A stretch of 64,000 bases of DNA from Bacteroidia bacterium. GTDB lineage: Bacteria; Bacteroidota; Bacteroidia; JADZBD01. Shown one piece after another: positions 8,994 through 19,545 of this stretch (positions are counted from its first letter, which is position 1; each line of letters starts with the position of its first letter). Location of the stretch: NCBI GenBank assembly GCA_020054095.1, contig JAGVMA010000025.1:18321-82320 (forward strand). The letters are read 5' to 3'. The notes below the pieces were generated by a model. The model had not been told where the DNA came from. It ran no database searches and saw only the letters and a program-made list of their open reading frames with translations. A program made the position numbers and the translations under genes.

Positions 8994-10265
8994 ATGCCAC
9001 ATTCAAAAAATAAAATAAAAGATTTAATTACCGAATATGTTCGCCTCGATTCTTCTATTTTAAATTTAATTTGGGCTGAGTTTTTTTTGCAACTCATCAA
9101 TTCCTCTTTTTTGGCAATACTGCCACTCTACATGAAAAAAGAAGGATATACCGATGGAATGATTGCCGATGCAACAAAATACAGATACTTGGGTGTATTG
9201 GTTTTAGCACTCATAGTGGGTTACCTTATTAAAAACAGAAAGTTGAAACCATTTTTTTTGCTCTCCACCATTTTAGTTCCCTCATTTGCAATTGGAATTT
9301 TATATACCGTGCAAACACATGCCAATATTACCAACCATGCCATGCAATTTATGTGGGGCGCTTCGTTCACGCTTATGCAAATACCGGTGCTGCCATATAT
9401 ATTGCGAAACTCTCCGGCAGAAAATCACACGGCAGGTATTTCGCTTAGCTATGCTACCTGGAGCTTAGGCACTATTGCAAGCAGCATTATAATATCGGCA
9501 TTATCGCAAATAGATGCAGTAGTATTTGACGAGCGCACCATTTTATATGTAATTACTTTTTCGAGCTTTATTGGCATTTATCTTATTTCGAAAATTGAGA
9601 TGGATGAAAAATTATCTGAACAACAGATAATTGAAAATAAAAATGAAAAACACACAAATGCCGATTGGATACTAATTACAAAAGCATTAATACCTACACT
9701 AATAATAGCCATAGGTGCCGGATTCACCATTCCATTTATCAGTTTGTTTTTTAATACCGTTCACAATTTAGATGCATCACAATTCGCATCCATTAATTTA
9801 ATTGCTTCTATATTAGTTGCAATAGGTTCGCTGATGGTGCCAAACATAAAAAAAACAATGGGTTATACACGCGCCATTCCGCTTACGCAATCGTTAGCAA
9901 TAGTTGCTTTAATTTTTATGTGTACTACCGAGTATTATAAAGAAATGCAAGTAGCCGTTTATGTTGCAATAGTATGTTATTTGTTAAGGCAGCCGCTAAT
10001 GAACTTAGCCGGACCAATGACATCGGAAGTGGTGATGAAATATGTGGGCAAACGCAACCGCGAGAAAGTAAGTGCCATTACATCGGCAATATGGAGCGGC
10101 TCGTGGTTTTTTAGCGGATTAATTTTTGGCGTTTTGCGTAACGAAGGAGTAAGTTATTCCAATGTATTTTTAATTACCGCAGCCATGTATATTGTTGGCG
10201 TAGCATGGTATTACATCCTTATTTTAGATTACAATAAAAGAGTGAGAGAAGGGTTGGTTGACTAG
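8994..10265 (+). CDS. MFS-type transporter (12 TM)
   Basis: About 12 hydrophobic segments in a 6+6 arrangement with a central hydrophilic loop. Confidence 0.55.
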   Translation: MPHSKNKIKDLITEYVRLDSSILNLIWAEFFLQLINSSFLAILPLYMKKEGYTDGMIADATKYRYLGVLVLALIVGYLIKNRKLKPFFLLSTILVPSFAIGILYTVQTHANITNHAMQFMWGASFTLMQIPVLPYILRNSPAENHTAGISLSYATWSLGTIASSIIISALSQIDAVVFDERTILYVITFSSFIGIYLISKIEMDEKLSEQQIIENKNEKHTNADWILITKALIPTLIIAIGAGFTIPFISLFFNTVHNLDASQFASINLIASILVAIGSLMVPNIKKTMGYTRAIPLTQSLAIVALIFMCTTEYYKEMQVAVYVAIVCYLLRQPLMNLAGPMTSEVVMKYVGKRNREKVSAITSAIWSGSWFFSGLIFGVLRNEGVSYSNVFLITAAMYIVGVAWYYILILDYNKRVREGLVD

Positions 10266-11179
10266 AAATAAAACGCTTTTGCTTTTATTTTATTTCGGCT
10301 AAACTCTAATGCCGGGGCAGGAAATTTTATGATGCTGATGGCATTAAATAGCGATTTCAAAAATTTATTTTTTGTTTTTATTTTTCTTAAATCAAAATCA
10401 ATCGAGAGGTAATATTGCCTGTAACGCTCAAAGGCTATTACGCTCGTGCCAGATATAATTATAGGATTGTATGAGCCGCCTATCATTCCTTCGGCACTAT
10501 AGCCAAGTGCAATGTTCAACCATTTCGGGAAACGTGTATCGGCAGTTAAAAAATCGGCAATATTCACTGATAGCCAATAGGTTTGGCCGTTGTAATCTTT
10601 TAAAATTTGTTGTACTGTGTTTTTACCTAAAAGTGCAGGGCGATATTTTGCATAAATACTAGGATGAAAAGAGAACTTGAGTAAAATACGTTGCTCTCCC
10701 CATAATAGTTCTTGAGCATTAAGTATAACAATGCCACCAATATTTGCTGCCATATCACCCATAGAAAAACCCCAGCCGCTGGAATATCCGTCAAGCATTT
10801 CGAGCGAGGTTAAATAAAACAAGCTAACTGCACTGCCAATAAATGCATTTTTTTTTGTGCTATTATATATGCCGCACCAATTATACATATTTGTAGTTAA
10901 TCGGGCTATATTATATGCTGTAACAGCATGGCCGGCTTTATCCATTTGCAACCATTCATTGTTATCATTAAAAAAATGGAAATTAGTAACTGCATTATCA
11001 GTGTACCACACCTGGCGCAATGCCGAAAAAGATATTCCGTATAAAACTGCATGTGCTGTGGAAACAAAAGCAGTTCGCTTGTTGCGCTTCCGCTCCACAT
11101 TGTTTTCAAAATCAAAATTAACTTGTGCAAATAAAAATGAATTGGCACAAATAAAAATTTGTAGTAATCTCCATTTCAT
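10262..11179 (-). CDS. Hypothetical secreted protein (DUF2279-like predicted periplasmic lipoprotein)
   Basis: Signal peptide MKWRLLQIFICANSFLFAQ. Start chosen at M4 of the track ORF. K-rich C-terminal tail reads into AT-rich sequence. Confidence 0.4.
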   Translation of the reverse strand: MKWRLLQIFICANSFLFAQVNFDFENNVERKRNKRTAFVSTAHAVLYGISFSALRQVWYTDNAVTNFHFFNDNNEWLQMDKAGHAVTAYNIARLTTNMYNWCGIYNSTKKNAFIGSAVSLFYLTSLEMLDGYSSGWGFSMGDMAANIGGIVILNAQELLWGEQRILLKFSFHPSIYAKYRPALLGKNTVQQILKDYNGQTYWLSVNIADFLTADTRFPKWLNIALGYSAEGMIGGSYNPIIISGTSVIAFERYRQYYLSIDFDLRKIKTKNKFLKSLFNAISIIKFPAPALEFSRNKIKAKAFYF

Positions 11180-11194
11180 GGAATACAAAGGAAC

Positions 11195-11228
11195 TAAAAA
11201 AGCCCCGCTGTAAGCGGGGCTTTTTTTT
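11195..11228 (-). terminator. Rho-independent terminator of the PKD/T9SS gene (gccccgc-tgtaa-gcggggc plus T8)
   Basis: Perfect 7-bp GC stem flanked by A6 and T8. Symmetric. Confidence 0.75.
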
Positions 11229-11242
11229 ATAATTATAATTTA

Positions 11243-14200
11243 TCATCTAACTACGCTAACGTGGCCAATGTAATTGTGCTTTTTATCAAACACATCTAAT
11301 ATCACTACTTTCCACACGTAAGTATCTTCTTGTACTAATGTTTTTCCATCACCTCGGCTAAGCATTTTAGCATCCCATCCTTTGTTCATGTCTTCTGTCC
11401 ACCAAATTAAATCGCCCCAACGGTCGAAAATCATGAGCTTGTATGTTTTCCATCCAATACCGTAAGTGAAGAAGAAATCATTTATTCCGTCATCATTAGG
11501 TGTAACGGTATTGGGAGCGAAGAAAGTGAATTCGGGAATAATCTCCACTATGTGTTGTACTGTATCCACGCATCCGTTTCCATCAACAATAGAAAGTGTT
11601 ACCAGATATTGGTTAATGCCCGTGTTATCAGCGGGGAATAAGTGTGAAGGATTTTGGATTGTATCGTAACCCTGAGAGCCATCACCATAGGTCCAAGTCC
11701 ATTCTACCGGATTGCCTTGTGATAAATCAGTGAAGTTTACATTTGGATCAAGAACAGTAGTGGGGTTTGGTGATGAACTAAATTCTGCAACCGGTAAAGG
11801 GAACACAGTGATATAACCATTTTTAACAAGTGTAGCCGTACATCCGTTATTGGTAGTAACCGTGAGCGTTACAGTATAAGTACCTGCATTGGTATAGCAA
11901 TAGTTAGGGTTTTGTTGTGTGCTTGTACTACCATCGCCAAAATCCCAAGCCCAACCTGTAATGGTACCGGGTGTAACGGTTGATAAATCGGTAAAATTTA
12001 CACAGTGTGTAACGCAACCTGCAGTATCATCAGCAGTAAAGTTTGGTGTTGGCAGTGGATTAACTGTTACTGTTTGCATGATGCTATCAATACATCCGCC
12101 AGCAGAAGTTACTACCAAAATCACATTGTAAGTTCCTGGAGCTGTGTAAGTGTGCGGTGGACTTTGCGAGGTGGAATTAGTGTTATCTCCAAAATCCCAA
12201 GCCCATCCTGTTATATTGCCTGGGTTAACAGTTGACTGATCGGTAAACTGAGTTGAAGCATTTAAACAAACAGAAGTATTAGTGAACGCAGCTGTAGGTA
12301 AAGGATTAACATTTACTTGTTGAGTAATGGTTTGCGAACAACCATTGTTAGATGTAACGACTAATGTAACTGTATAGTTACCTGCAGCTAAATACGTGTA
12401 TGATGGGCTTTGTTGACCAGATGTTTGTGTGTTACCGAAATCCCAAGCCCAAGATGTTATATTTCCTGAGCTGATAGTTGATTGGTCAGTAAATACAGTA
12501 GGATTGCCAACACAAACTGTAGTTGCTATGAACTGTGCTGTAGGACCCGGATTAACTATAACCTGTAATGTAGTGGTTGCAGTACATCCGCCTTGCCCAG
12601 TTACAACAAGTGTAACCGTGTAAGTGCCATCGGTTGCATACGGGTGTGTTGGATTTTGTGTATTTCCTGTTGTATTATCGCCAAAGTCCCAAGCCCATTG
12701 TACTGCATTAGTTGATAAATCAGTAAACACGGTAGGTGCATTTACGCACACAGTAGTTGCTGTAAATTGGGCGGTAGGTTGTGGATAAACCACCACTTGC
12801 AATGCAAAAGTGCTTTGGCAACCTTGGTTAGATGTTACAGTCAATATTACGCTGTACGTGCCGGCAGCTGTAAATGTGTGCGTAGGGTTTTGAACAGTAG
12901 AAATATTATTGGGTCCCGAGTTAGGATCACCAAAATTCCATGCCCATGAAACGATATTTCCACCAGATATTGTTGACTGATCAGTAAATGTAGTTACTTG
13001 ACCTTCGCAAACGGTGGTGGCTGAAAATTGTGCTGTAGGCAGCGGATGAACTGTAACTTGATTATAAATTGTATCCGGACAAGGTGATGAACTGTTAATT
13101 ACCAACATCACGTTGTATGTACCTGCGGTACTGTAAGTGTGTGTAGGGTTTTGAAGGTTAGATACGTTATTAGGGCCAGATGATGGCTCATCAAAATTCC
13201 AATCCCACTGTGTAGCTTGTGTAGACTGATCGGTAAATACAGTTGGATTATTTAAACATACCGCAGTGCTGGTAAACTGTGCAGTTCCACCATTGCTTGG
13301 CGAAACAGGTACCTGTACGGAGTCGACACAACCATTGGAGGAGGTAACTATGAGCGTAACTGTGTAATTTCCTGTATTGACATAACTATGCGTTGGATTC
13401 TGATTGTAATCTATGGGAGTGTTATCACCAAAGTTCCATGTGTACGTATTCCCCCCCGTGGACGTATTGGTAAACTGAGTGTTCATTGAACAAACTGGAT
13501 TATTTACCGTGAAACTTGCAACCGGAGCAGGATAAACAACTACTGTACGGCAAATTTGTGTTGTGCAGTTTGCAACCGATGTCATTGTACAGCAGTATTG
13601 GCCACCAGTAGTAACTGTTATTGATTGTGTAGTTTGATTACCCGGAGTCCACAAATATGAGTTTGCACCTGCAGGTGCAGAAAGTGTTACTGATCCTCCT
13701 TGGCATAGTGAATCGTTTTGAACCAATGTTAATGGCGAGCAGCGGGCATCAACATAAGCATAACCATAGTGACCACCGTAGCAGCAATCACCAACCGTAA
13801 AACGAATAGTTACGTTTTGACCAATGTATGCTTGCAAGTCAATACTCACAGGGGTCCAAGGGCGAACATACACATCATTGAATCCACAAGTAGTAGAAAG
13901 TGTAAAGTTTGGAATATTTGGACCACCAACCACTACATAGTTTCCGCAAAGGATTGGATTACCAGCTTGGTCAAACATGTCGGCACGGAAAAATGGTTGT
14001 TCGTTATTTGCGTGCAATGCGTCTTGAACCACCACTGCATAATAATAAGTAAAAATCGCATTGTTATTTGCAACAGTAAAAGTTTGTTCTAAGCGCGCAG
14101 CTCCGTAACCGGAAACAGCTCCATCACCTAAGCGTGCAGAGCAAGTACCGCCAGGGTTTACAACCGGAAATTGTCCGCAAGGGTCTAATCCATTACCGGT

Positions 14201-14656
14201 CATGATGGTATGCTGTGGGGCGCCAACTACAGTTGATGTTTGAGTATAAACTGGGTGTGGTGCGTTAGCTGCACCACACACTTGGGTATTGCCTTGCCCG
14301 CCTGTCCAACCGGTGTAGTTACACATTTCAAAATCTTCGTTAGTACAAGGAACCATCATTTGTGGTGTGCTGCTTTGATTATAATTTCTGAAATAACCGG
14401 GGTATTTATTTTCCAAAAATTCATTGATTTTCTTTTGCAAGTAACTGTTTATTAGTTGCGGATATGCATTGGGCTCACGCGAACTAATTTCGCTGATGTG
14501 TTGTTGCGCATCAAAACCATCCAAACTATCGGCCGGTAATGTAAAGTTGTGCGTTGATAAAAAGCTTTGAGCTGATACGCTGCCGATGCAAAGTATTGCA
14601 GCAGCGAATAATGACCTTTTAAGTTTTTTCGTCATTGAGGATTTGTTTTTTTTCAT
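11243..14656 (-). CDS. Large secreted PKD-repeat protein with T9SS type-B C-terminal sorting domain (gliding-motility-associated CTD)
   Basis: Signal peptide, Cys-rich N-terminal about 330 aa, then about 8 PKD-like repeats (WAWDFGD / WNFGD motifs). C-terminus FFAPNTVTPNDDGINDFF...W is the TIGR04131-type CTD. Confidence 0.8.
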   Translation of the reverse strand: MKKNKSSMTKKLKRSLFAAAILCIGSVSAQSFLSTHNFTLPADSLDGFDAQQHISEISSREPNAYPQLINSYLQKKINEFLENKYPGYFRNYNQSSTPQMMVPCTNEDFEMCNYTGWTGGQGNTQVCGAANAPHPVYTQTSTVVGAPQHTIMTGNGLDPCGQFPVVNPGGTCSARLGDGAVSGYGAARLEQTFTVANNNAIFTYYYAVVVQDALHANNEQPFFRADMFDQAGNPILCGNYVVVGGPNIPNFTLSTTCGFNDVYVRPWTPVSIDLQAYIGQNVTIRFTVGDCCYGGHYGYAYVDARCSPLTLVQNDSLCQGGSVTLSAPAGANSYLWTPGNQTTQSITVTTGGQYCCTMTSVANCTTQICRTVVVYPAPVASFTVNNPVCSMNTQFTNTSTGGNTYTWNFGDNTPIDYNQNPTHSYVNTGNYTVTLIVTSSNGCVDSVQVPVSPSNGGTAQFTSTAVCLNNPTVFTDQSTQATQWDWNFDEPSSGPNNVSNLQNPTHTYSTAGTYNVMLVINSSSPCPDTIYNQVTVHPLPTAQFSATTVCEGQVTTFTDQSTISGGNIVSWAWNFGDPNSGPNNISTVQNPTHTFTAAGTYSVILTVTSNQGCQSTFALQVVVYPQPTAQFTATTVCVNAPTVFTDLSTNAVQWAWDFGDNTTGNTQNPTHPYATDGTYTVTLVVTGQGGCTATTTLQVIVNPGPTAQFIATTVCVGNPTVFTDQSTISSGNITSWAWDFGNTQTSGQQSPSYTYLAAGNYTVTLVVTSNNGCSQTITQQVNVNPLPTAAFTNTSVCLNASTQFTDQSTVNPGNITGWAWDFGDNTNSTSQSPPHTYTAPGTYNVILVVTSAGGCIDSIMQTVTVNPLPTPNFTADDTAGCVTHCVNFTDLSTVTPGTITGWAWDFGDGSTSTQQNPNYCYTNAGTYTVTLTVTTNNGCTATLVKNGYITVFPLPVAEFSSSPNPTTVLDPNVNFTDLSQGNPVEWTWTYGDGSQGYDTIQNPSHLFPADNTGINQYLVTLSIVDGNGCVDTVQHIVEIIPEFTFFAPNTVTPNDDGINDFFFTYGIGWKTYKLMIFDRWGDLIWWTEDMNKGWDAKMLSRGDGKTLVQEDTYVWKVVILDVFDKKHNYIGHVSVVR
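11900..13480. repeat. Intragenic tandem repeats of about 245 bp encoding PKD domains
   Basis: Recurring ccaaaatcccaagccca (WAWDFGD, minus strand) at about 245-bp intervals. Confidence 0.6.
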
Positions 14657-14904
14657 GGGCAGATGAATAAAAAATTAATTTATTTTTAAACAACAACTTC
14701 ACTAATTATCAATAATGCGAACCAAAGTAAACCAACTTATGTAGAAAAGCAAGTTTGTTTCGGTATTTTTATTAACCACGTTATTGCTATTTAGTTGCAT
14801 TGCTTTTTTATAGACAGTAAATAGTTGCATTAAGTTGCATCTATCTATCTGATTTACATGCAAATGTTGCTTTTTAAATTAGAAGTTGAAAGGACGGAGA
14901 AATG

Positions 14905-15804
14905 CTAAACATCAGACCACTGAATGCCTTTTCTTAAGAATGTAACTGTTTGATTTTCAAGGCTATTACGAATCGGGAGGTGATTGTATATCCAATTTGC
15001 CTGAGGAGGTAAGCTCATAAGTATTGACTCAACTCTTCCGTTGGTTTCTAATCCAAATTTTGTTCCCCTATCGTAAACCAAATTAAACTCAGCGTAACGG
15101 CCGCGCCTTAAAAATTGCCATTGTTTATTTTCGGCAGTAAAGGCGAGATTGCGCTTTTTGCCGATAATTTGAGTGTAAGTAGGAGCAAAACTGTTTCCTA
15201 TTTCTTTCACAAAAGCAAATAGCTTTTCCTTTGTTTTTCCGCTATTCAGTTTATCAAAAAATATACCGCCAATACCTCTGGTTTCGTTGCGGTGTTTTAT
15301 AAAAAAATAATCATCGGCCCATTTCTTAAAATCAGAATAAAAATTAGGGTCGTGCTTATCACAAGCAATTTTTAACTGATTATGAAAAAAGTGCGCTTCC
15401 TCTTTATCCACATAAATGGGAGTTAAATCTATACCTCCGCCAAACCACCATGTATTTTCGTCTATTTCAAAATAGCGCACATTCATGTGAATAATGGGCA
15501 CAAAAGGATTTTCGGGGTGAATAACGATGGATACTCCCGAAGCAAAAAACCGCGAATTATTGCTACTAAGATTTAACTCTTTAACCAACATTGCCGGTGC
15601 ATTGCCCCATACTGCCGAAAAGTTGACACCGCCTTTTTCTATCACATTGCCATGTTGCACAATGCGCGAATCGCCACCGCCTCCCTCTTCTCTGCTCCAT
15701 TTATCCGAACTGAATTTTGCTTTTCCATCGGCAATTTCTAATGCTTGGCAAGTTTCCAATTGCAATTGTTTAAACCAATCTGCAATATTTTCTTTCGTTA
15801 GCAT
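14905..15804 (-). CDS. hemF: Oxygen-dependent coproporphyrinogen III oxidase
   Basis: Strong HemF similarity (VIHPENPFVP, MNVRYFE, WFGGGIDLTP). Confidence 0.9.
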   Translation of the reverse strand: MLTKENIADWFKQLQLETCQALEIADGKAKFSSDKWSREEGGGGDSRIVQHGNVIEKGGVNFSAVWGNAPAMLVKELNLSSNNSRFFASGVSIVIHPENPFVPIIHMNVRYFEIDENTWWFGGGIDLTPIYVDKEEAHFFHNQLKIACDKHDPNFYSDFKKWADDYFFIKHRNETRGIGGIFFDKLNSGKTKEKLFAFVKEIGNSFAPTYTQIIGKKRNLAFTAENKQWQFLRRGRYAEFNLVYDRGTKFGLETNGRVESILMSLPPQANWIYNHLPIRNSLENQTVTFLRKGIQWSDV

Positions 15805-17477
15805 TATTTGTTTACCTTAATTAAGGTGCTATTAGCGTATTGTAAAATAAATACGCTTTTGTTTTCGTAGCCGCTTTCTACCGATGATTTATAAAACCAA
15901 TAGCCGCTGTGCGAGCCTTGCCAATTGGTAGCTACAAAGTTTTCCATTATATTTCCTTCTCCGTATTTTTTATAGGCAGCCATAAAATAATAAGCTAAGT
16001 CAAAACCATGGTAGCTGTACTCGGTAGGTTCTGTTTTGTATTTAGTGCGGTAATTTGCAATTAGTTGTTTCACTCCGGGCAAAGTGTAGTTTACAAAATG
16101 TGTTTCCGGAATATGAACATGCAGGTTATTGAGGTATTCAATATCAATACTCTCAATGCTTTGCCATGCATTCATACCAAAAACCAGTATGCTGTCTTTT
16201 CTGCCATCTTTCATTTTATTTAGCTTGGAAAGTAAATCGGTGGTTTGCGATGGATTAGAATTAGTGATGATGATGATATTTATTTTACCGGGCTTTAAAT
16301 TATCGGCAATTCCTTTTAGTGTATTAACGAGCATAACTGTATCGGTGCTGTTTTTGTTTTTCACAGTTGTGTTAATGCCATTTTTTATGGTATTGCTGTA
16401 AACCGTTTCTTTCGGGTTATTATTACCGAGCATCATTATATTTTCGGTTGCGTAGTTATTACCGATGTAAAACGCCATTTGCTCCACCTGTGTAATAACC
16501 GATGGTGTGGCTTTTATAACCCATTCGTTTCCTAAAAGTATTTTATTATTTTGGCTGAGTGCCGATATAATGGGAATATTTTTTTGTTTGGCATAAGCCG
16601 ATATGAGCGAAAAATTATTGGTATAAAGCGGACCAATAATACAATCGGCTAAGGATAATTTGCTTTTTGTTTCTTCCGATAATTTGATGGTAGAATCGTT
16701 TCCTGTATCAAACACATCGAGCGTAACATTTAGCCCTTGCTTTTTCATTGAATCTAAAGCCAATAAAATTCCATTATAAAATTCCACTGCTATTCTTGAT
16801 TTTTCAGGAAAATCGGTTTGGTTCTTTTTTATTTTCTCAGGTTCAATGTTATCTAAGCCAATTAAATAAAACGGAAGAAAAACTGCCATCCTAAATTCGT
16901 TATCGGTTGGCTGATTACCATTGAAACTTGTATTGGTCTTCAATTCGGGTTTCACCTGTTTTATTTCTTTGTCCTTTTTAATATCGTTTAAGTTAACGGG
17001 TTCATTCGTATTCTGAATCTCTTTGGGCAAACCCGGAATAGCAAGCAAGTCGCCTGTTTTAACGCCATCAATCGCATCCGGATTATATTTTAGCACTTCA
17101 TCCACTTTCAATCCGTGCTTTTGTGCGATGCCATAAAGTGTTTCACCTTGTTCCACTTTGTAATAAAAATAGTCACCCTTTAATTGCAGGTTTTTCTTTG
17201 GCATATTGGCTTTCTCTTTTTCTTTATATGGAATTTTTAAAATTTGTCCGGGTTTTATAGATGTAACCGCATCGGCATTAAGCGATGTAATTTCTTCTAC
17301 TTTCACTTCATATACTTTTGATATAGAATAAAGTGTTTGTCCTTTTTCTACGGTGTGCAAATAATAAAACACACCATCAATTACAGCGCTGCTTTTGGTT
17401 TTTTTTATATCACCGGGGCCGGGTTGTGCGTAAGCAGCATTAGCAAATAAAGCTAAAAAACAAATAATGAATTGCAA
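15804..17477 (-). CDS. LysM-domain protein with C-terminal periplasmic-binding-protein-like domain
   Basis: Two LysM repeats (YYLHTVEKGQTLYSISK..., YKVEQGETLYGIAQKHG...). Start moved to in-frame TTG, giving signal peptide MQFIICFLALFANAAYA|QPG. Confidence 0.6.
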   Translation of the reverse strand: MQFIICFLALFANAAYAQPGPGDIKKTKSSAVIDGVFYYLHTVEKGQTLYSISKVYEVKVEEITSLNADAVTSIKPGQILKIPYKEKEKANMPKKNLQLKGDYFYYKVEQGETLYGIAQKHGLKVDEVLKYNPDAIDGVKTGDLLAIPGLPKEIQNTNEPVNLNDIKKDKEIKQVKPELKTNTSFNGNQPTDNEFRMAVFLPFYLIGLDNIEPEKIKKNQTDFPEKSRIAVEFYNGILLALDSMKKQGLNVTLDVFDTGNDSTIKLSEETKSKLSLADCIIGPLYTNNFSLISAYAKQKNIPIISALSQNNKILLGNEWVIKATPSVITQVEQMAFYIGNNYATENIMMLGNNNPKETVYSNTIKNGINTTVKNKNSTDTVMLVNTLKGIADNLKPGKINIIIITNSNPSQTTDLLSKLNKMKDGRKDSILVFGMNAWQSIESIDIEYLNNLHVHIPETHFVNYTLPGVKQLIANYRTKYKTEPTEYSYHGFDLAYYFMAAYKKYGEGNIMENFVATNWQGSHSGYWFYKSSVESGYENKSVFILQYANSTLIKVNK

Positions 17478-17539
17478 ATTGCAGATTGCAGATTTTGCAT
17501 CACAGTTTGTGCGCTGTACTTTACACATTATGCTGTTAA

Positions 17540-19081
17540 CTATTCCCATTCAATGGTGGCGGGTGGTTTTGAACTTATATCGTAAACTACACGGTTAATG
17601 CCTTTTACTTTATTTATTATTTCGTTTGATACTTCTGCTAAAAATTCATACGGCAAATGACACCAGTCGGCAGTCATTCCATCGGTAGAAGTTACGGCAC
17701 GCAACGCCACCACGTTTTCATAAGTGCGCTCATCGCCCATCACCCCCACCGATTGTATCGGCAAAAATACAGCACCCGCTTGCCACACATCTTTATATAA
17801 ATTTTTGGTTTTCAATAGCTGAATAAATATAAAATCTACCTCTTGCAATATTCGTACCTTTTCGGGAGTAATGTCGCCTAATATGCGAATGCCCAAGCCA
17901 GGGCCCGGAAACGGATGGCGACCTAAAATTGCTTGCGGAATTTCGAGCGATGCACCTACTCTTCGCACTTCATCTTTAAAAAGTAAACGCAATGGTTCCA
18001 CTATTTTAAGTTTCATTTTTTCGGGCAAGCCGCCCACATTATGATGGCTTTTTATGGTTGCCGATGGTCCTTTTACCGATATAGATTCAATAACATCGGG
18101 GTAAATGGTGCCTTGCCCCAGCCAAAGTGCATCGGTTATTTGTTTCGATTCTTGGTCAAATACATCAATAAAAGTTTTGCCTATTGCTTTGCGTTTTTTT
18201 TCCGGATCGGTTAATCCTTGCAGTGCATCGTAAAATTGATTTTTGGCATCCACACCTTTCACGTTTAAGCCAAGTGTTTTGTAAGATGCCAATACATCAT
18301 CAAATTCGTTTTTGCGTAGCAAGCCATTATCCACAAAAATGCAATACAAATTAGCGCCTATTGCTTTGTGCAAAAGCACTGCCGCCACCGAAGAATCTAC
18401 TCCGCCCGATAGCGCCATCACCACTTTATCTGTACCTAATTTTTGTTTTAAATCGGCCACAGTTGTATCAATAAACGAATCGGGAGTCCAGGTTTGTGAG
18501 CAACCGCAAATGTTTACTACAAAGTTTTTGAGCAATTCTTTTCCTTCGGTGGTGTGATACACTTCGGGGTGAAACTGAATACCAAAAGTTTTTTCGGCCG
18601 TAAATTCATAGCCCGCAAATTTTACATCTTTAGTGCTTGCTATTATTTTACAATCGGCCGATAGTTCGGTAATTGTATCGCTGTGGCTCATCCACACTTG
18701 CGAATTTGCACTTATGTTTTTAAATAAAGCATTACCGTTTTCAATATGCGATAAATTAGCGCGGCCATATTCTCGGTGCTCAGATGATTGTACTTTTCCG
18801 CCACATTTATGCGCCAATAATTGCGCTCCATAGCACACACCAAGCAGTGGCAATTTGCCTTTTATGGCAGCCAAATCGGGGTTAGGCGCATTAGCTGCGC
18901 GCACCGAAAATGGGCTACCCGACAGGATAACGCCTTTAATGTGCGAAGCCGCAAAATTGGTTTTTTCTATCTCCGTGTACGGATGAATTTCGCAATACAC
19001 ATTTAACTCGCGCACCCTGCGTGCTATCAATTGCGTAAACTGCGATCCGAAATCAAAAATTAAAATAGTGTGGCCTTGCAT
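17540..19081 (-). CDS. guaA: GMP synthase (glutamine-hydrolysing)
   Basis: GATase-1 domain, PP-loop SGGVDSSV and a conserved GMP-synthase C-terminus. Start set at [14 protein letters not shown]. Confidence 0.9.
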   Translation of the reverse strand: MQGHTILIFDFGSQFTQLIARRVRELNVYCEIHPYTEIEKTNFAASHIKGVILSGSPFSVRAANAPNPDLAAIKGKLPLLGVCYGAQLLAHKCGGKVQSSEHREYGRANLSHIENGNALFKNISANSQVWMSHSDTITELSADCKIIASTKDVKFAGYEFTAEKTFGIQFHPEVYHTTEGKELLKNFVVNICGCSQTWTPDSFIDTTVADLKQKLGTDKVVMALSGGVDSSVAAVLLHKAIGANLYCIFVDNGLLRKNEFDDVLASYKTLGLNVKGVDAKNQFYDALQGLTDPEKKRKAIGKTFIDVFDQESKQITDALWLGQGTIYPDVIESISVKGPSATIKSHHNVGGLPEKMKLKIVEPLRLLFKDEVRRVGASLEIPQAILGRHPFPGPGLGIRILGDITPEKVRILQEVDFIFIQLLKTKNLYKDVWQAGAVFLPIQSVGVMGDERTYENVVALRAVTSTDGMTADWCHLPYEFLAEVSNEIINKVKGINRVVYDISSKPPATIEWE

Positions 19082-19208
19082 AATTGGCGGCAAAGATAAA
19101 AAATTGCGGCAATTGCCGGTTTGGACTATTATGTATTAAGCTGCCTATTGGTGTTCCGTTTCAAACCAAAGTGTACTGATTTAAAATAAAAGAATAGAGA
19201 CAAGGCGT

Positions 19209-19253
19209 AAAAAAACAAATCGCCCTTTCAGTTACAATTACCAAAAGGGCGAT
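19209..19253 (-). terminator. Rho-independent terminator downstream of rpmH
   Basis: Minus strand: atcgcccttt ...loop... aaagggcgat followed by ttgttttttt. Confidence 0.6.
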
Positions 19254-19278
19254 AAATTTATAGTTGGAACTATGAAAA

Positions 19279-19437
19279 TTAGCGCTTGTGCAATTTTTTG
19301 CTCGATACAGTTAATGCTCTACGGCCCCTTTTTCTGCGTGCAGCCAATGTTCTTCTGCCATTAGCAGATGCCATACGCTTACGGAAACCATGTTTGTTTC
19401 TACGTTTGCGCTGCGAGGGTTGGAATGTGCGTTTCAT
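19279..19437 (-). CDS. rpmH: 50S ribosomal protein L34
   Basis: Own translation: [52 protein letters not shown] (52 aa). Below the 60-aa ORF-track cutoff. Confidence 0.85.
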   Translation of the reverse strand: MKRTFQPSQRKRRNKHGFRKRMASANGRRTLAARRKRGRRALTVSSKKLHKR

Positions 19438-19545
19438 TGTTATTTTTTAATTAGATACTGTTATTAATTTTTTAAAACGGGCTGCAAATATAATGAGGTT
19501 TTGTAAACCACAAAATTTATTCTTAAAGATGGTTATATTCGCAGC

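Noticed and set aside
10266-10400. Possible terminator or sRNA in the AT-rich stretch after the MFS gene
   Set aside because: Only weak AT-only stems. The region is covered by the open reading frame of the convergent 10262..11179 gene, whose C-terminal tail may itself be read-through. Insufficient evidence for a separate feature.
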